Virus record (IMG/VR): IMGVR_UViG_3300049137_000145
Span: 29,477 to 93,476 of that record
Length of the DNA: 64,000 nucleotides
Origin: a virus
Strand: one strand, 5' to 3'
Position numbers and translations under genes: made by a program
Shown here: positions 1 to 8,810 of the stretch, one piece after another
How the letters are laid out: each line of letters starts with the position of its first letter
Position numbering within the stretch: position 1 is the first letter of the stretch
Notes under the pieces: model-generated
Databases searched by the model: none
What the model saw: the letters and a program-made list of their open reading frames with translations, nothing else
Told to the model about the DNA's origin: nothing

Positions 1-2059
1 CGAACAGCATGTCGAACGGGTCGGGCCCCTCTCCGTCGGCGTCCGGGTCGCTCGGCCAGACCAGCTCCATGTCGGCGTCCTTGATGGAGTCGACGTCCAC
101 GGACACGCCGCGCAGGAACTGACCCTTGATCTTCCCGTGGACGGTGCGGCCGTCCTCGGTGGACAGGTCCAGGACGCCCTCGCCCATGATGAGGCCGCCG
201 TCCTCGCGCCAGATGCTGTCGATGCGGCCGACGTTGACGGCGATGGTCCGGGGCTCACCGCCGTGGGAGTCCTCTTTGTTCCAGCGCAGCGGGAGCGGGA
301 GGTCGGCCCACGTCAGAGCCTCGGGCTTGAACTCCCGGCCGTCGCCGGTCTCGATGCCCTCCACTGTGAGCGGGCCCCGCCACGGCGCGGTCTCGCCGTC
401 GGTACCGATCTCCGCCGCCGGCTTCCCGGCCACATCCTCGGCGTCAGCCGCCGCGCCGTGGGCCAGGGCCTGCGCGGCGCCCGCCGCCTGCTGCTCCCCG
501 ATCTTCACGCACTCGCCGTCGGGGCCCGGCTCCATGCCGGGCGGGCACTGCTTCTCCTCGCCGTCCTGGTTCTCCTTCAGCCGCTTGTCCGCCGGCGTGC
601 CCGGGTTCGGCTCACCCTTGGCCAGGGCCTCGGTCGCTTCGGTCGTCATGGACTGGTCTCCTTCCGCCGCGTCCTGTGCGGCCCGTTGTGTGCCGGCGCT
701 CGCTGTGGTCGCCGTGTCCCGCACGTCCTGCCAGACGGCGACAAGGAACCCCCTGCACGCGTTGCCATAGCGAGCGCCGGTGCAGTCCCGGTAACCCATG
801 ACCGGGTACTCCGCCATGGCGGCATCCAGGGTGGTGAAGGTGCGGCCGTCGATCACCTTGCAGGGACCGCACGTCCGGCTGTCCAGGATCTCGGAGGCCA
901 CGTAACTGGATGCGGGCGGCGCGGTCTCCATCACCGCGTGGCGTCCGGCGTTCTGCGCGGCAGTCATCGCCTGGCCGACGGCCGCCCGGACGGAGGTGTC
1001 GTCCACCGTGGCCAGCTCCCGGTCGACCTCGGCCGCGATCTGCTCCGACGGGCGGCTGGAGCGCAGCAGGCCGGACAGCTTGCGCTTGGCGGCCGTCAGC
1101 AGCGCTCCGGACATGAGGTCGCTGGTCAGTTCCGCGACGGAGGTCAGCAGGCGCCGACCGGTGAGGGCGGCCACCACGGCGTCGTCCTCGTCACCGTCGG
1201 GCAGGGACCAGTCAGGCACCTGCACGCCCTGCGCCTCGGCCTCGCGCTGGCAGGCGCGGCCCGCCTTGATGGCGTATTCCTCCATGAGGTCCAGCAGCGT
1301 GGCCGTCGCGGCGCGGCCGTCCAGGGCCAGCTCCGGGACCGAGTCCAGGTCGTCGTCGGCGAGGTCCCGGGTGATCTGTCTGCGCAGGTCCAGTCGCCAG
1401 GCGGCCGTCACCGACCGCAGCGCCCGCAGCGCCCCGGCGGTCGCCGCATCCCACTCCGCGTGCACGCCGGCGAAGTCGGCGCGGCTGGCCAGCTCCAGCT
1501 CGGTCGGCTCCCGGCGCAGCGGTCCGGCGGCGGCCGTCACGGCCTCGCCGAGCGGGATGTCCCGGTCGTCGTCGCCGAAGCTGAGCCGGATCCGGTCGAA
1601 CATCACTTCACCCAGGCGCTGCTCCAGATCCCCGAGCAGGGCCGGGTCGTCGCTGTACGCCGCGCAGACGTGCGCCGACCATGGGCTGTGCTGTGGGGGC
1701 AGTTCGGGCCGGGCGTGGGTGGACTCCAGGGCCTCGGTGACGCAGGCCCGGACCCGCAGCAGCCCGTCCGGCGGAACGTGCTCGCCGGGCTCCACGTCGC
1801 CGACGTTCCATACCCAGCACGGGTAGTCGCCGCCACCGTTCCAGTGCGCGGCGCCGAACGCCTTGGCCCGCACAGGCCCGAGCCCGTACAGCTCCACCAG
1901 CGGGCGCAGGATCCCCTCCAGCTCGTTGCGCTGGTCCTCGGTCCAGGCCGCGCCGTCGTCACCGAGGAAGAACAGCGTCAGGTGCAGCTCCTCGGCCGGC
2001 TCGCCACCCGGTATCGCCAGACGCTCGGCGTCCCCGGGCGTCGGCATGAGAGCGATCAT
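1..2059 (-). CDS. MuF-like minor head protein fused to HK97-type prohead (capsid maturation) protease; ORF runs off the left edge of the window
   Basis: Hand translation of the minus strand from ATG 2059 (MIALMPTPGDAERL...) shows no stop down to position 1, so it is absent from the ORF track. It has an SRTCGPCKVIDGRTF MuF/SPP1-gp7-like motif. After an internal GGAAGGAG+ATG (649) comes MTTEATE...LRWNKEDSHGG...GRIDSIWREDGGL...FLRGVSVD, which is prohead-protease-like. It lies immediately downstream of portal. Confidence 0.75.
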   Translation of the reverse strand, partial: MIALMPTPGDAERLAIPGGEPAEELHLTLFFLGDDGAAWTEDQRNELEGILRPLVELYGLGPVRAKAFGAAHWNGGGDYPCWVWNVGDVEPGEHVPPDGLLRVRACVTEALESTHARPELPPQHSPWSAHVCAAYSDDPALLGDLEQRLGEVMFDRIRLSFGDDDRDIPLGEAVTAAAGPLRREPTELELASRADFAGVHAEWDAATAGALRALRSVTAAWRLDLRRQITRDLADDDLDSVPELALDGRAATATLLDLMEEYAIKAGRACQREAEAQGVQVPDWSLPDGDEDDAVVAALTGRRLLTSVAELTSDLMSGALLTAAKRKLSGLLRSSRPSEQIAAEVDRELATVDDTSVRAAVGQAMTAAQNAGRHAVMETAPPASSYVASEILDSRTCGPCKVIDGRTFTTLDAAMAEYPVMGYRDCTGARYGNACRGFLVAVWQDVRDTATTASAGTQRAAQDAAEGDQSMTTEATEALAKGEPNPGTPADKRLKENQDGEEKQCPPGMEPGPDGECVKIGEQQAAGAAQALAHGAAADAEDVAGKPAAEIGTDGETAPWRGPLTVEGIETGDGREFKPEALTWADLPLPLRWNKEDSHGGEPRTIAVNVGRIDSIWREDGGLIMGEGVLDLSTEDGRTVHGKIKGQFLRGVSVDVDSIKDADMELVWPSDPDADGEGPDPFDMLF

Positions 2060-2195
2060 GCACCCCTGTGTGTGCGACCCGTCGGCGGCGGCTGTCAGCG
2101 TCGGAGAGTGCTGGTGAGCCTGCTTGCGGACCACGGACCTGACGTCCGGCGGAAGTTGTCGGCGGAGCAGGTTGCCGCCCTCGTTGACATCTACT

Positions 2196-4037
2196 TCAGT
2201 GCGCGGGGGCATGCCCGTTCACCGCCCTCGGTCGCAGGGAGGTAGAGATCATGGCGGTGGTGTCGGCGTAGGGGCTGCGGCCGTCGATGATCAGCCGGCC
2301 GAAGGTGTCCAGGTGGCACAGGTACGTCCCGGACGACCCGGGCCGGGCTGACGGAGTCGCCGTGGCGACCGCATGCGTGAAGGGGCACGAATATTCGTAG
2401 TCGCCGCACAGACCCGGATGCAGCAGCTCCCACCGGCCGGCGGCGCCGACGCGGAGCATGTGCTGAGTCCGGGCTTGCTGCACGAGACGCTGCGCCCGCT
2501 CGGCCGCCGTCTGCTGCGACGGCGGGCCTGTCTCGTCCTGCGTCGGCGGTGGTTCGTCGCCCCTGGACGTCCGCGCCGGCGCGGTCTCCCCGGACGACTG
2601 CTGCTCGCTTTCAGGGGGCGGGGTGTTGCCCTGCTGCACGGCCTCGGCGGTACCGGGGTCCTGCGGTGAGACGGGCACGATCTGCGGGACGTCCTCGCCG
2701 ATGAGCTGGGCGATGGCAGACGCGGCGCCCGAGGGCAAGGTGCGGATGATGACCCTGAGTGCCTGTTCCTTGAGGTCGGCGTCCGTCGGCTTGTCGGACT
2801 CGCTGAAGCCCAGCTCCCGGCGGTACGCCGCCCCGGATATCTCCAGCCGGTCGTACGCCAGCGTCGCGTTGCCGCTGCGGTCCGGGCGCAGGGCCAGCTC
2901 GCTCATGTCGTACCAGACGACCCACGCGGCCGGGTCCTCGCCGGATGCTTCCAGACGGGGTTGGAGGTAGCCACGTGTGAGGGCGTCGCAGATCAGCTCT
3001 GCCACAGGGGCTATGTGGGTCTTCAGCGCGCCTTCCTCCAGTTGCCAGGCGCCCCAGTGGTTGACGTCGCCCATGCCCAGCAGGATCTCGGCGGGCATGT
3101 CCAGTTTGGTGGCCAGTCGCTTGATCGCACTGTCCCGCTTCTCGATGATCTTCTCGTCAATCTTCAGCGTGAAGTCGACGTGCTTGACCTTCTCGATAGC
3201 CTCGGCCGGACCGACCAGAGGAATGGGGACCACGGCGGACGCGGTGCCCGGGTTCTGGATCGCGGTCGCCGCGACCTCGATCCATTCGGACATCAGCGGG
3301 TTGGGGTCTTCGGCGAATTCTTCACGGACTGGGAACGTCAGTTCATCGGGGAGCAGGATGACACCGGCCGATGCCAGACGTGACAGGTACTCCGAGGTGA
3401 TTTTCCGGTTGACCAGCTCTAGCTCGCGCATGATCTCCCGGGCGCTGCGCGCGGGAGAGTCGGCGAGGTGGAAATACCGGTCGTGCGGGCGCCACACCCG
3501 GACGACGTGGTGGTCCGGGGCGAGGTCGCGCCAGTCCTGGCCGGTGGTGGCTGACTTCTCGTCCATCACCTGGTACTTGCCTGACTGGACGCGGATCTCG
3601 TCCACGGAGCGCACTTGCCAGCGCTCCATCTTGCCGTCCTGCTCGCCGACCAAGTAGCCCTCTCCGGGAAGGGAGAGCTGAACGGTCAGCCGGCGCATGA
3701 GCTGCGCCTGGCTGGTCACGCCCCCGCCGAACAGCATCATGAGGTCGGCGGCCGTTCCGCTGGTGACGATCTCCGGTTCGTCGGAGTCCGGCTGGAGCCG
3801 GGCCGCGCGCAGCCGGACGCGGGAGAGCATGTTGGACAGCCACCACACGCCGTAGTTGAACTCGCCCAGCGTCTCGTGGAAGCGCCAGACCTCCTCCTGC
3901 CACTTCTCCGTGCGGCGCAGGAACTTGGTCTCAGGGCCGGGTGGTTCGGCAGCGGCTGCCGTCAGGGCCTCGGGCACTGGTGCGGGCAACGGGACGGGCC
4001 TGGGCGTACGGCCCCGGAACACGTCGTACCACGGCAC
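2196..4037 (-). CDS. phage portal protein
   Basis: 613-aa ORF with a GTG start preceded by GGGAGG. Size, position upstream of the MuF/protease gene and sequence character are typical of siphophage portals. Confidence 0.8.
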   Translation of the reverse strand: MPWYDVFRGRTPRPVPLPAPVPEALTAAAAEPPGPETKFLRRTEKWQEEVWRFHETLGEFNYGVWWLSNMLSRVRLRAARLQPDSDEPEIVTSGTAADLMMLFGGGVTSQAQLMRRLTVQLSLPGEGYLVGEQDGKMERWQVRSVDEIRVQSGKYQVMDEKSATTGQDWRDLAPDHHVVRVWRPHDRYFHLADSPARSAREIMRELELVNRKITSEYLSRLASAGVILLPDELTFPVREEFAEDPNPLMSEWIEVAATAIQNPGTASAVVPIPLVGPAEAIEKVKHVDFTLKIDEKIIEKRDSAIKRLATKLDMPAEILLGMGDVNHWGAWQLEEGALKTHIAPVAELICDALTRGYLQPRLEASGEDPAAWVVWYDMSELALRPDRSGNATLAYDRLEISGAAYRRELGFSESDKPTDADLKEQALRVIIRTLPSGAASAIAQLIGEDVPQIVPVSPQDPGTAEAVQQGNTPPPESEQQSSGETAPARTSRGDEPPPTQDETGPPSQQTAAERAQRLVQQARTQHMLRVGAAGRWELLHPGLCGDYEYSCPFTHAVATATPSARPGSSGTYLCHLDTFGRLIIDGRSPYADTTAMISTSLRPRAVNGHAPAH

Positions 4038-4340
4038 GGCATACCTCCCAGTCCGGATCGTGGGGCATGGTAGCCGCGATCACCCGAATAGCCGTTTTCA
4101 CGGCGAAGAGGGCGCTACGGGCGTCCCTGGCGGTACTGCTTGCCGGGGCCGCGCCGACGGTTGTCACGCTTCAGTTCCGGGGCGCGGTCGTCTCCCGTCG
4201 GCAGCCGTTCATGCGGGAGCCCCGCCGGCCACCACACCGGCGGGGCTCCCGCGCCCCTGTGCACCCTCGACCCGAAGACGTCGGGGTCAACTGGGGCGCA
4301 CCATACGCGCGAAGGTCGTTTTCACCTACTCACACAGGAA

Positions 4341-4367
4341 AGCCCCGGGACAGGACGTCCCGGGGCT
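4341..4367 (-). terminator. rho-independent-type hairpin
   Basis: AGCCCCGGGAC-n5-GTCCCGGGGCT, 16 nt downstream of the 4383 stop. It is followed by a TTTCCTGTG tract in minus orientation. Confidence 0.6.
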
Positions 4368-4382
4368 CATGGGGCGCGACGG

Positions 4383-4619
4383 TTACATCCGCGCGAGGAA
4401 GTCGAGCGCGTCGCGCTCGTTGTCCCACAGACCGTCCACGTCGGCCGGGTTGGGAAGGACGGTGCGGGCGACGTCGCGGACGGTGTAGAAGCCGGGGGTC
4501 CGCATCGGCTCCACGCTGCCCTTGAACACCTCATTCACGTACACCACCTTGCCGACCCTGGTGCTGGTCACCAGGTGAGCAGGGGTGGTGGGGGTGGCGG
4601 GGATGCTGCGAACGGTCAT
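4383..4619 (-). CDS. hypothetical protein (78 aa)
   Basis: Internal ATG (MTVRSIP...) of the listed ORF 4383..4838. It is preceded by the conserved leader ACCAAGGAATAAGGAACCGACC and by conserved promoter copy 4662-4710. Confidence 0.6.
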   Translation of the reverse strand: MTVRSIPATPTTPAHLVTSTRVGKVVYVNEVFKGSVEPMRTPGFYTVRDVARTVLPNPADVDGLWDNERDALDFLARM

Positions 4620-4661
4620 GGTCGGTTCCTTATTCCTTGGTCCGTCGGGGCCGGTTGTCCG

Positions 4662-4710
4662 TCCCGATGAATTAATTAAACCATACATCAGGTGACGGAA
4701 CAACCCCGGG
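4662..4710 (-). promoter_or_regulatory. conserved phage promoter (GGGGTTGTTC-N17-TTTAAT + AATTCATCG box)
   Basis: Minus strand: -35 TTGTTC (rc of 4698-4703), 17-nt spacer ending in ATGG, -10 TTTAAT (rc of 4675-4680). It belongs to the same family as at least 11 other copies. Confidence 0.7.
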
Positions 4711-4711
4711 A

Positions 4712-5983
4712 TCACAGACGTGCGGCCACCCGTTCGCGCAGCTCGGCGGCAGCCGGGGAATCCGGAATGGACGGCAGCCGTGCGGCTACGGCGGCCAGGC
4801 CGTCGGTGATCTTTGTGGACTGCACACCGGCGGAGCACTCCAGGAAGTCGCCCCAGGTGGCCAACGCCCGGCCGGTGTTGCCCCGCTTGAGCTGGACATG
4901 ACCGAGGTCGGCCAGCACGATGGCCCGGGTCCGGCGCCGGTCCAGACCGTGGATGTCCAACGCAAGGTGAAGGTGCTCCTCAGCAGCGGCGAGGTCCCCG
5001 AGCCGGGCGTGGATCATCCCGGAGTCGTGCGCCCACCGGCCGTGGCTGTAGTGCGACGCCCACGACTGCCCCGGCGCAGCCGGCGCGTGCTCCATCGCCC
5101 CCTGTGCGGCGGACAGCATCCGGGCAGCCGTGGCCCGGTCGCCGTCAGCGGCCTTCGCCCGCGCCAGCGTGTTGCGGTAGTAGGCCAGGGCCTTCGGGTT
5201 GTCCAGCCGCCGACCCCGTTCCTCGCACGCCTCGGCCAGCCGGACAGCGGTCGGAATATGCCCGAGGTCGATGGCCTGGTCCGCCAGGCCACGCAGCGCA
5301 GTCGCCGCCAGCTCGTTCTCCCCGGCCTCGGTGGCCAGGCGCACGGAGTACACGAGGTAGCGCTGGCTCAGCCCCACGCTGCCCTCGTCCCGGGCCATCC
5401 ACCCGATGAGGTGCACAAGTTCCGCCGTTGCGGCGAACAGCTCCCGGCCCACGGCCTCGGTGTACCGCCCGTCCAGCCACCGACGGACGTCCTCGGTGAG
5501 GTAACGCACCGCGAGGTGGCGGGCGTGCCCGCCGCCCAGCTCGGAGGCCGCGTCGCCCAGGGTGCCGGTCATCGTGCGCACGGCGGAGACCTCCCCCATG
5601 CCTACGGCCACGGGCCCCGGGTGTGCTACGCGCCGGGTGATGGCGTCAGCGTCCGGCAGGTCGAGCGCCGCGAGCCCGGCGGCGGCCGACGCGGTCAGGA
5701 AAGTGCGGCGGTCCACGTCGTCTCCTCCAAGGCTCATCACAGTGGCCACTGTGTCGGTTCGCTGGTCTCCCGTCGATAAGTCGATACCGAGAGCGCGTTC
5801 GAGGTACGGCAGCCAGTCCCGGGGCTCCCGGCGCCCGGTCTCCCACCGATAGATGTCCTGTTTGCCGAGGTATCCCGGCTCGCCCCAGCGCAGCGTCGAC
5901 AGCTCGTCCGCGAGCGCGGGCTGACTGCACCGGGGCCGGCGGGCCTCGCGTGCGGCCCGGATCCGTTCACCGATTGTCGTCAT
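4712..5983 (-). CDS. XRE-family HTH transcriptional regulator with TPR-like C-terminal domain (candidate lysogeny regulator)
   Basis: N-terminus IGERIRAAREARRPRCSQPALADEL...IYRWETGRREP is an XRE HTH. The long helical repeat C-terminus matches the common Streptomyces HTH+TPR architecture. It is divergent from 6111 and near the integrase. Confidence 0.8.
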   Translation of the reverse strand: MTTIGERIRAAREARRPRCSQPALADELSTLRWGEPGYLGKQDIYRWETGRREPRDWLPYLERALGIDLSTGDQRTDTVATVMSLGGDDVDRRTFLTASAAAGLAALDLPDADAITRRVAHPGPVAVGMGEVSAVRTMTGTLGDAASELGGGHARHLAVRYLTEDVRRWLDGRYTEAVGRELFAATAELVHLIGWMARDEGSVGLSQRYLVYSVRLATEAGENELAATALRGLADQAIDLGHIPTAVRLAEACEERGRRLDNPKALAYYRNTLARAKAADGDRATAARMLSAAQGAMEHAPAAPGQSWASHYSHGRWAHDSGMIHARLGDLAAAEEHLHLALDIHGLDRRRTRAIVLADLGHVQLKRGNTGRALATWGDFLECSAGVQSTKITDGLAAVAARLPSIPDSPAAAELRERVAARL

Positions 5984-6110
5984 GATCCGATTCCTTGTTC
6001 CTCGATCAACGGGGCGGCGGCTGGCCTACCCCGGGCATACAGCCTGGCAGATTTTCACGGGCCCTGACAGAGCGTTGACTGGTCATCACACGACGACCTC
6101 GGAGGACATC

Positions 6111-6491
6111 ATGCCCGGCACTCTCGCCCTTCCTACCCTCACCACGACCGCCCGTCGCGCGGCGGAGATCCACGACGTCTGGGCGGCTGACCCGGAGATG
6201 CCTGACGTCTCCGGATGCATGGCCGATGCCGTTCGCGTGCTGGCCGTCCGGGCCGCCGTGTACGAGGCCACCCGCGACGCCGGCGCGGCGGCCCTTCCGG
6301 CACCGGCGGCCGTGGAGCTGTCCGGCCGGCTGCTGGAGCGCCAGTTCCCCGAGCTGTCCCGGGTCGCGGAGCGCAGCGGACACGTCCTCGTCCACGGAGC
6401 CGACGGCGGCCGGTGGGAGCCGGGCGGCTTCCTGCACCGCGTCTACGCCGAGGCGTTCGGCCCGGTTGCCGGGCGGCACTGGCCGGTGTGA
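6111..6491 (+). CDS. hypothetical protein (126 aa)
   Basis: ATG 6111 preceded by GGAGGA, inside listed ORF 5982..6491. Good third-position GC. Confidence 0.5.
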   Translation: MPGTLALPTLTTTARRAAEIHDVWAADPEMPDVSGCMADAVRVLAVRAAVYEATRDAGAAALPAPAAVELSGRLLERQFPELSRVAERSGHVLVHGADGGRWEPGGFLHRVYAEAFGPVAGRHWPV

Positions 6492-6575
6492 CGACGCGGC
6501 GTATGCCCGAACTCGTGCCTGAGCAGCCCAGCATGCTGACGCCCCCAGCGCGTCGCTGAGCTGTACGGCCTGCCG

Positions 6576-6740
6576 GTGGAGCTGCTATTTGGTCCGTGGA
6601 ACCACGGCCGAGGCGTACCGTGCGACGACCGGTGCGTCTGCCCTGTGCACGGCACGCCGCTGCTCTACGCACCCGCCCGTGACGAGCACGCCTGTCGGGA
6701 CGCCAACTGCCGCCATGGCCACGGGATGGGGGCTCTGTGA
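6576..6740 (+). CDS. possible small Cys/His-rich protein (54 aa)
   Basis: Hand-translated GTG ORF VELLFGPWNHGRGVPCDDRCVCPVHGTPLLYAPARDEHACRDANCRHGHGMGAL with high GC3. It falls below the ORF-track length cutoff. Confidence 0.3.
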   Translation: MELLFGPWNHGRGVPCDDRCVCPVHGTPLLYAPARDEHACRDANCRHGHGMGAL

Positions 6741-6905
6741 ACGCCAAGGCGGGCGGACAGCCGACGGGGCGCCGGCCAATGTGCGCGAGACAGGTCGGTG
6801 AGGTGCAGTAGATTGGCCGCAGCGGACTACGGGGGTTCGCACCGAGTCCACCGGTCTCGCGGTCGGCCGGACCGACAGAGGGTGTGGGTCGCCCACCTCG
6901 TGCAC

Positions 6906-6936
6906 AGAGGGCCGGACGTCAGATGTCCGGCCCTCT
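6906..6936. terminator. bidirectional hairpin upstream of the integrase (in the likely attP-containing spacer)
   Basis: AGAGGGCCGGAC-gtcagat-GTCCGGCCCTCT. Confidence 0.5.
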
Positions 6937-7035
6937 TCTGCATCTCGGATCCGTCTGCCGCAGAATTGCTCCTGGCGAAGCGCAAAACGTGTGTTTTGAG
7001 CGCGCCCCGGCGGGCCGCCGGATAGGGTCAGCAGT

Positions 7036-8112
7036 GTGACGATCATGAGTACGGGCGCCCCGTCACCGGTCCTCGCCTCCGCGATGCACGACCACCTCGC
7101 CGGGCTGCGCGAGCGGCTGGGCGCCGTACGGCCGCGCGACCGCCGCACCCGCCGGCTCGGGCCGCCGGTGTACCGGCTGGACCTGCTGCACGAGCTGGTG
7201 GAGCGCGAGACGTTCGGGCACGTTGTCACCTGGCTGCGCTCGCGCCGCTCCGACGGTACGGCCCGGGAGTACGCCGACGACGTCCGTCACTGGGCCCTGG
7301 CCGGACGGGAGTTGTGCGGCACCGAACCGTGGTACCTCGGCTCCATCACCTCGGACGTCATCCCGGTGTGGCGTGGCTGGGCGACGGAGGAACTGCGGCT
7401 CGGGCCCCGTCGCGTCAACCGCCTCGCGTCCAGCCTGACCTCGCTCATCGACTGGGTGAAGTACCGGACCCGGCAGGATCTGATCCACCCCATCACCCGG
7501 TACGACCGGTTCAAGGTCGACCCGAACGACGAGTCGTCCATGACCCCGATCCTGGAAGTCGCCGAGCTGCAAGCCGTGCTGGACGCATGCACCACGGCCC
7601 GGCAGGCGTTCGCGGTCTCCCTGATTTACACCCTGGCAGGCCGCGTCTCGGAGTGCTGCGATGCCGACGCGGACGACCTGTCCTCGGAATCAGGAACGTG
7701 CGTGCTCACCCTGCGGCGCAAGGGCGGCAAGACGGTCCCCTTCCCACTGCCGGCGGAACTGTGCGAGCTGGGCGCGGCGGCCTGGCGGGACAGCACGAGC
7801 ACGGCGCTCCTGCTCGATGACGACGGCCGGCCGATGGACCGCCACGCGGTGGACCGGCTGCTCAACCGCCTTGGGCGTACGGCCGGCGTCCTGCCCGGCC
7901 GGGATCTCACCCCGCACGTGCTCCGCGCGAGCAAGCTGACCCACATGTACGACGAGGGCACGGCGCCGGACGACATTCGCCGCTTCGCCGACCACGCGAA
8001 CGTCGCCACGACCATGCGGTACATCCGGCGCCGTACCAACTCCGGACTGCGCGCACGGCACACGCAAGCGGCTGTGAAGGTATACGAGGGCCTGGTGGAC
8101 CGGTTCCTGTGA
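7036..8112 (+). CDS. int: tyrosine recombinase / phage integrase
   Basis: C-terminal catalytic signature: ...LAGRVSE (R), PHVLRAS (HxxR), HANVATTMRYI (H...Y). The N-terminal SAM-like core-binding region is present. Confidence 0.9.
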   Translation: MTIMSTGAPSPVLASAMHDHLAGLRERLGAVRPRDRRTRRLGPPVYRLDLLHELVERETFGHVVTWLRSRRSDGTAREYADDVRHWALAGRELCGTEPWYLGSITSDVIPVWRGWATEELRLGPRRVNRLASSLTSLIDWVKYRTRQDLIHPITRYDRFKVDPNDESSMTPILEVAELQAVLDACTTARQAFAVSLIYTLAGRVSECCDADADDLSSESGTCVLTLRRKGGKTVPFPLPAELCELGAAAWRDSTSTALLLDDDGRPMDRHAVDRLLNRLGRTAGVLPGRDLTPHVLRASKLTHMYDEGTAPDDIRRFADHANVATTMRYIRRRTNSGLRARHTQAAVKVYEGLVDRFL

Positions 8113-8120
8113 CACGACGA

Positions 8121-8148
8121 AGCCCCGGAGCCGTGGGACTCCGGGGCT
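8121..8148. terminator. hairpin shared by convergent int and 8185 genes
   Basis: AGCCCCGGAG-n8-CTCCGGGGCT. Confidence 0.6.
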
Positions 8149-8184
8149 GGACTGAGGACCAGAACGGCCGGGCGTTCCTTTCGA

Positions 8185-8742
8185 TCAGGCGGCCGGGGTC
8201 GGCATGCGGCTTGCGATGACGCGGCGCTCACCGGTCGTTTCCAGCTCGCGCCGGGCGATGTCCTCGGTCCAGGCGTGGACGCGGCGCTCGCGGGAGAGCT
8301 GGCGGATGGCGGCTTCGTCGTCGGTGCAGCCCTCGGGGCGGGTCAGGGCTCCGTCCTGGAGCAGGAGCGCGACCACGTGCATCGGGTGGTCCAGGTGGTC
8401 CTCGCAAGTGTCGACGGCCGTGCTCACCACAGACAGGTCGCAGTGGGGCGCCGTGCACAGCCGCTCCAGCGCGTCACCTACCGCTACGTCGGGGCTGTGG
8501 GAGTCCACGACGTAGCGCAGGCTGCGGCTGACGCGCACGATGTCTCCGCCGCCGTCCTCCAGCACCACCTCAGCGTCTCGCAGGTCACGGCCGAGGTACC
8601 CGAAACGCACGGTGTCGTCCACGGCCTGCGTCCACAAACGGGCCGCCAGGAGAGCATCGACCTGGAGCGTCTGCCCGTCTTCGGCACGGAGTTCGGCGGT
8701 GCCTGCCGTAGCCCAGGTCATCAGCTCGGAGAGTGTCGTCAT
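8185..8742 (-). CDS. hypothetical protein (185 aa)
   Basis: Internal ATG (MTTLSELM...) preceded by ACCAAGGAGGACCCGAAG. A promoter copy lies just upstream. Confidence 0.6.
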   Translation of the reverse strand: MTTLSELMTWATAGTAELRAEDGQTLQVDALLAARLWTQAVDDTVRFGYLGRDLRDAEVVLEDGGGDIVRVSRSLRYVVDSHSPDVAVGDALERLCTAPHCDLSVVSTAVDTCEDHLDHPMHVVALLLQDGALTRPEGCTDDEAAIRQLSRERRVHAWTEDIARRELETTGERRVIASRMPTPAA

Positions 8743-8769
8743 CTTCGGGTCCTCCTTGGTCGGTGTTCC

Positions 8770-8810
8770 TGATTTGATTAAATCATGCCTCAGCCGGGGC
8801 GGCAACCCCA
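8770..8810 (-). promoter_or_regulatory. conserved phage promoter embedded in the 3' end of the exonuclease CDS
   Basis: Minus strand GGGGTTGCCG: -35 is rc of 8800-8805, spacer 17 nt, -10 TTTAAT is rc of 8777-8782. Confidence 0.6.

Noticed and set aside
2196-2198. The portal TGA stop is in the same frame as the downstream MuF ORF, which could suggest read-through.
   Set aside because: There is a one-in-three chance of frame coincidence. The 45 intervening codons have no coding character, and the MuF ORF has its own ATG and an AGGGG RBS.
137-2245. 702-aa plus-strand ORF, plus the overlapping 126..770 and 996..1826 ORFs.
   Set aside because: The composition is R/G/A/L/P-rich with poor codon periodicity. 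They are antisense shadows of the minus-strand MuF/protease ORF, which has recognisable motifs.
3931-4167. 78-aa minus-strand ORF overlapping the portal start.
   Set aside because: It overlaps about 100 nt of the portal gene in another frame and has no RBS. It is probably spurious; 4038-4340 is treated as an untranslated spacer.
5170-5240. A Tat-signal-like RRTFLTASAAAGLAAL inside the XRE/TPR regulator.
   Set aside because: It lies about 90 aa into a cytoplasmic HTH protein. As far as I recall this linker is a common feature of this Streptomyces regulator family, so it is not taken as a secretion signal.
6139-7229. Minus-strand ORFs 6139..6747 and 6585..7229 in the spacer upstream of int.
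   Set aside because: The sequences are extremely Arg/Pro/Ser-rich with no RBS. The region is more likely non-coding, a possible attP/regulatory spacer. I could not identify an att core or a tRNA 3'-end match by eye.
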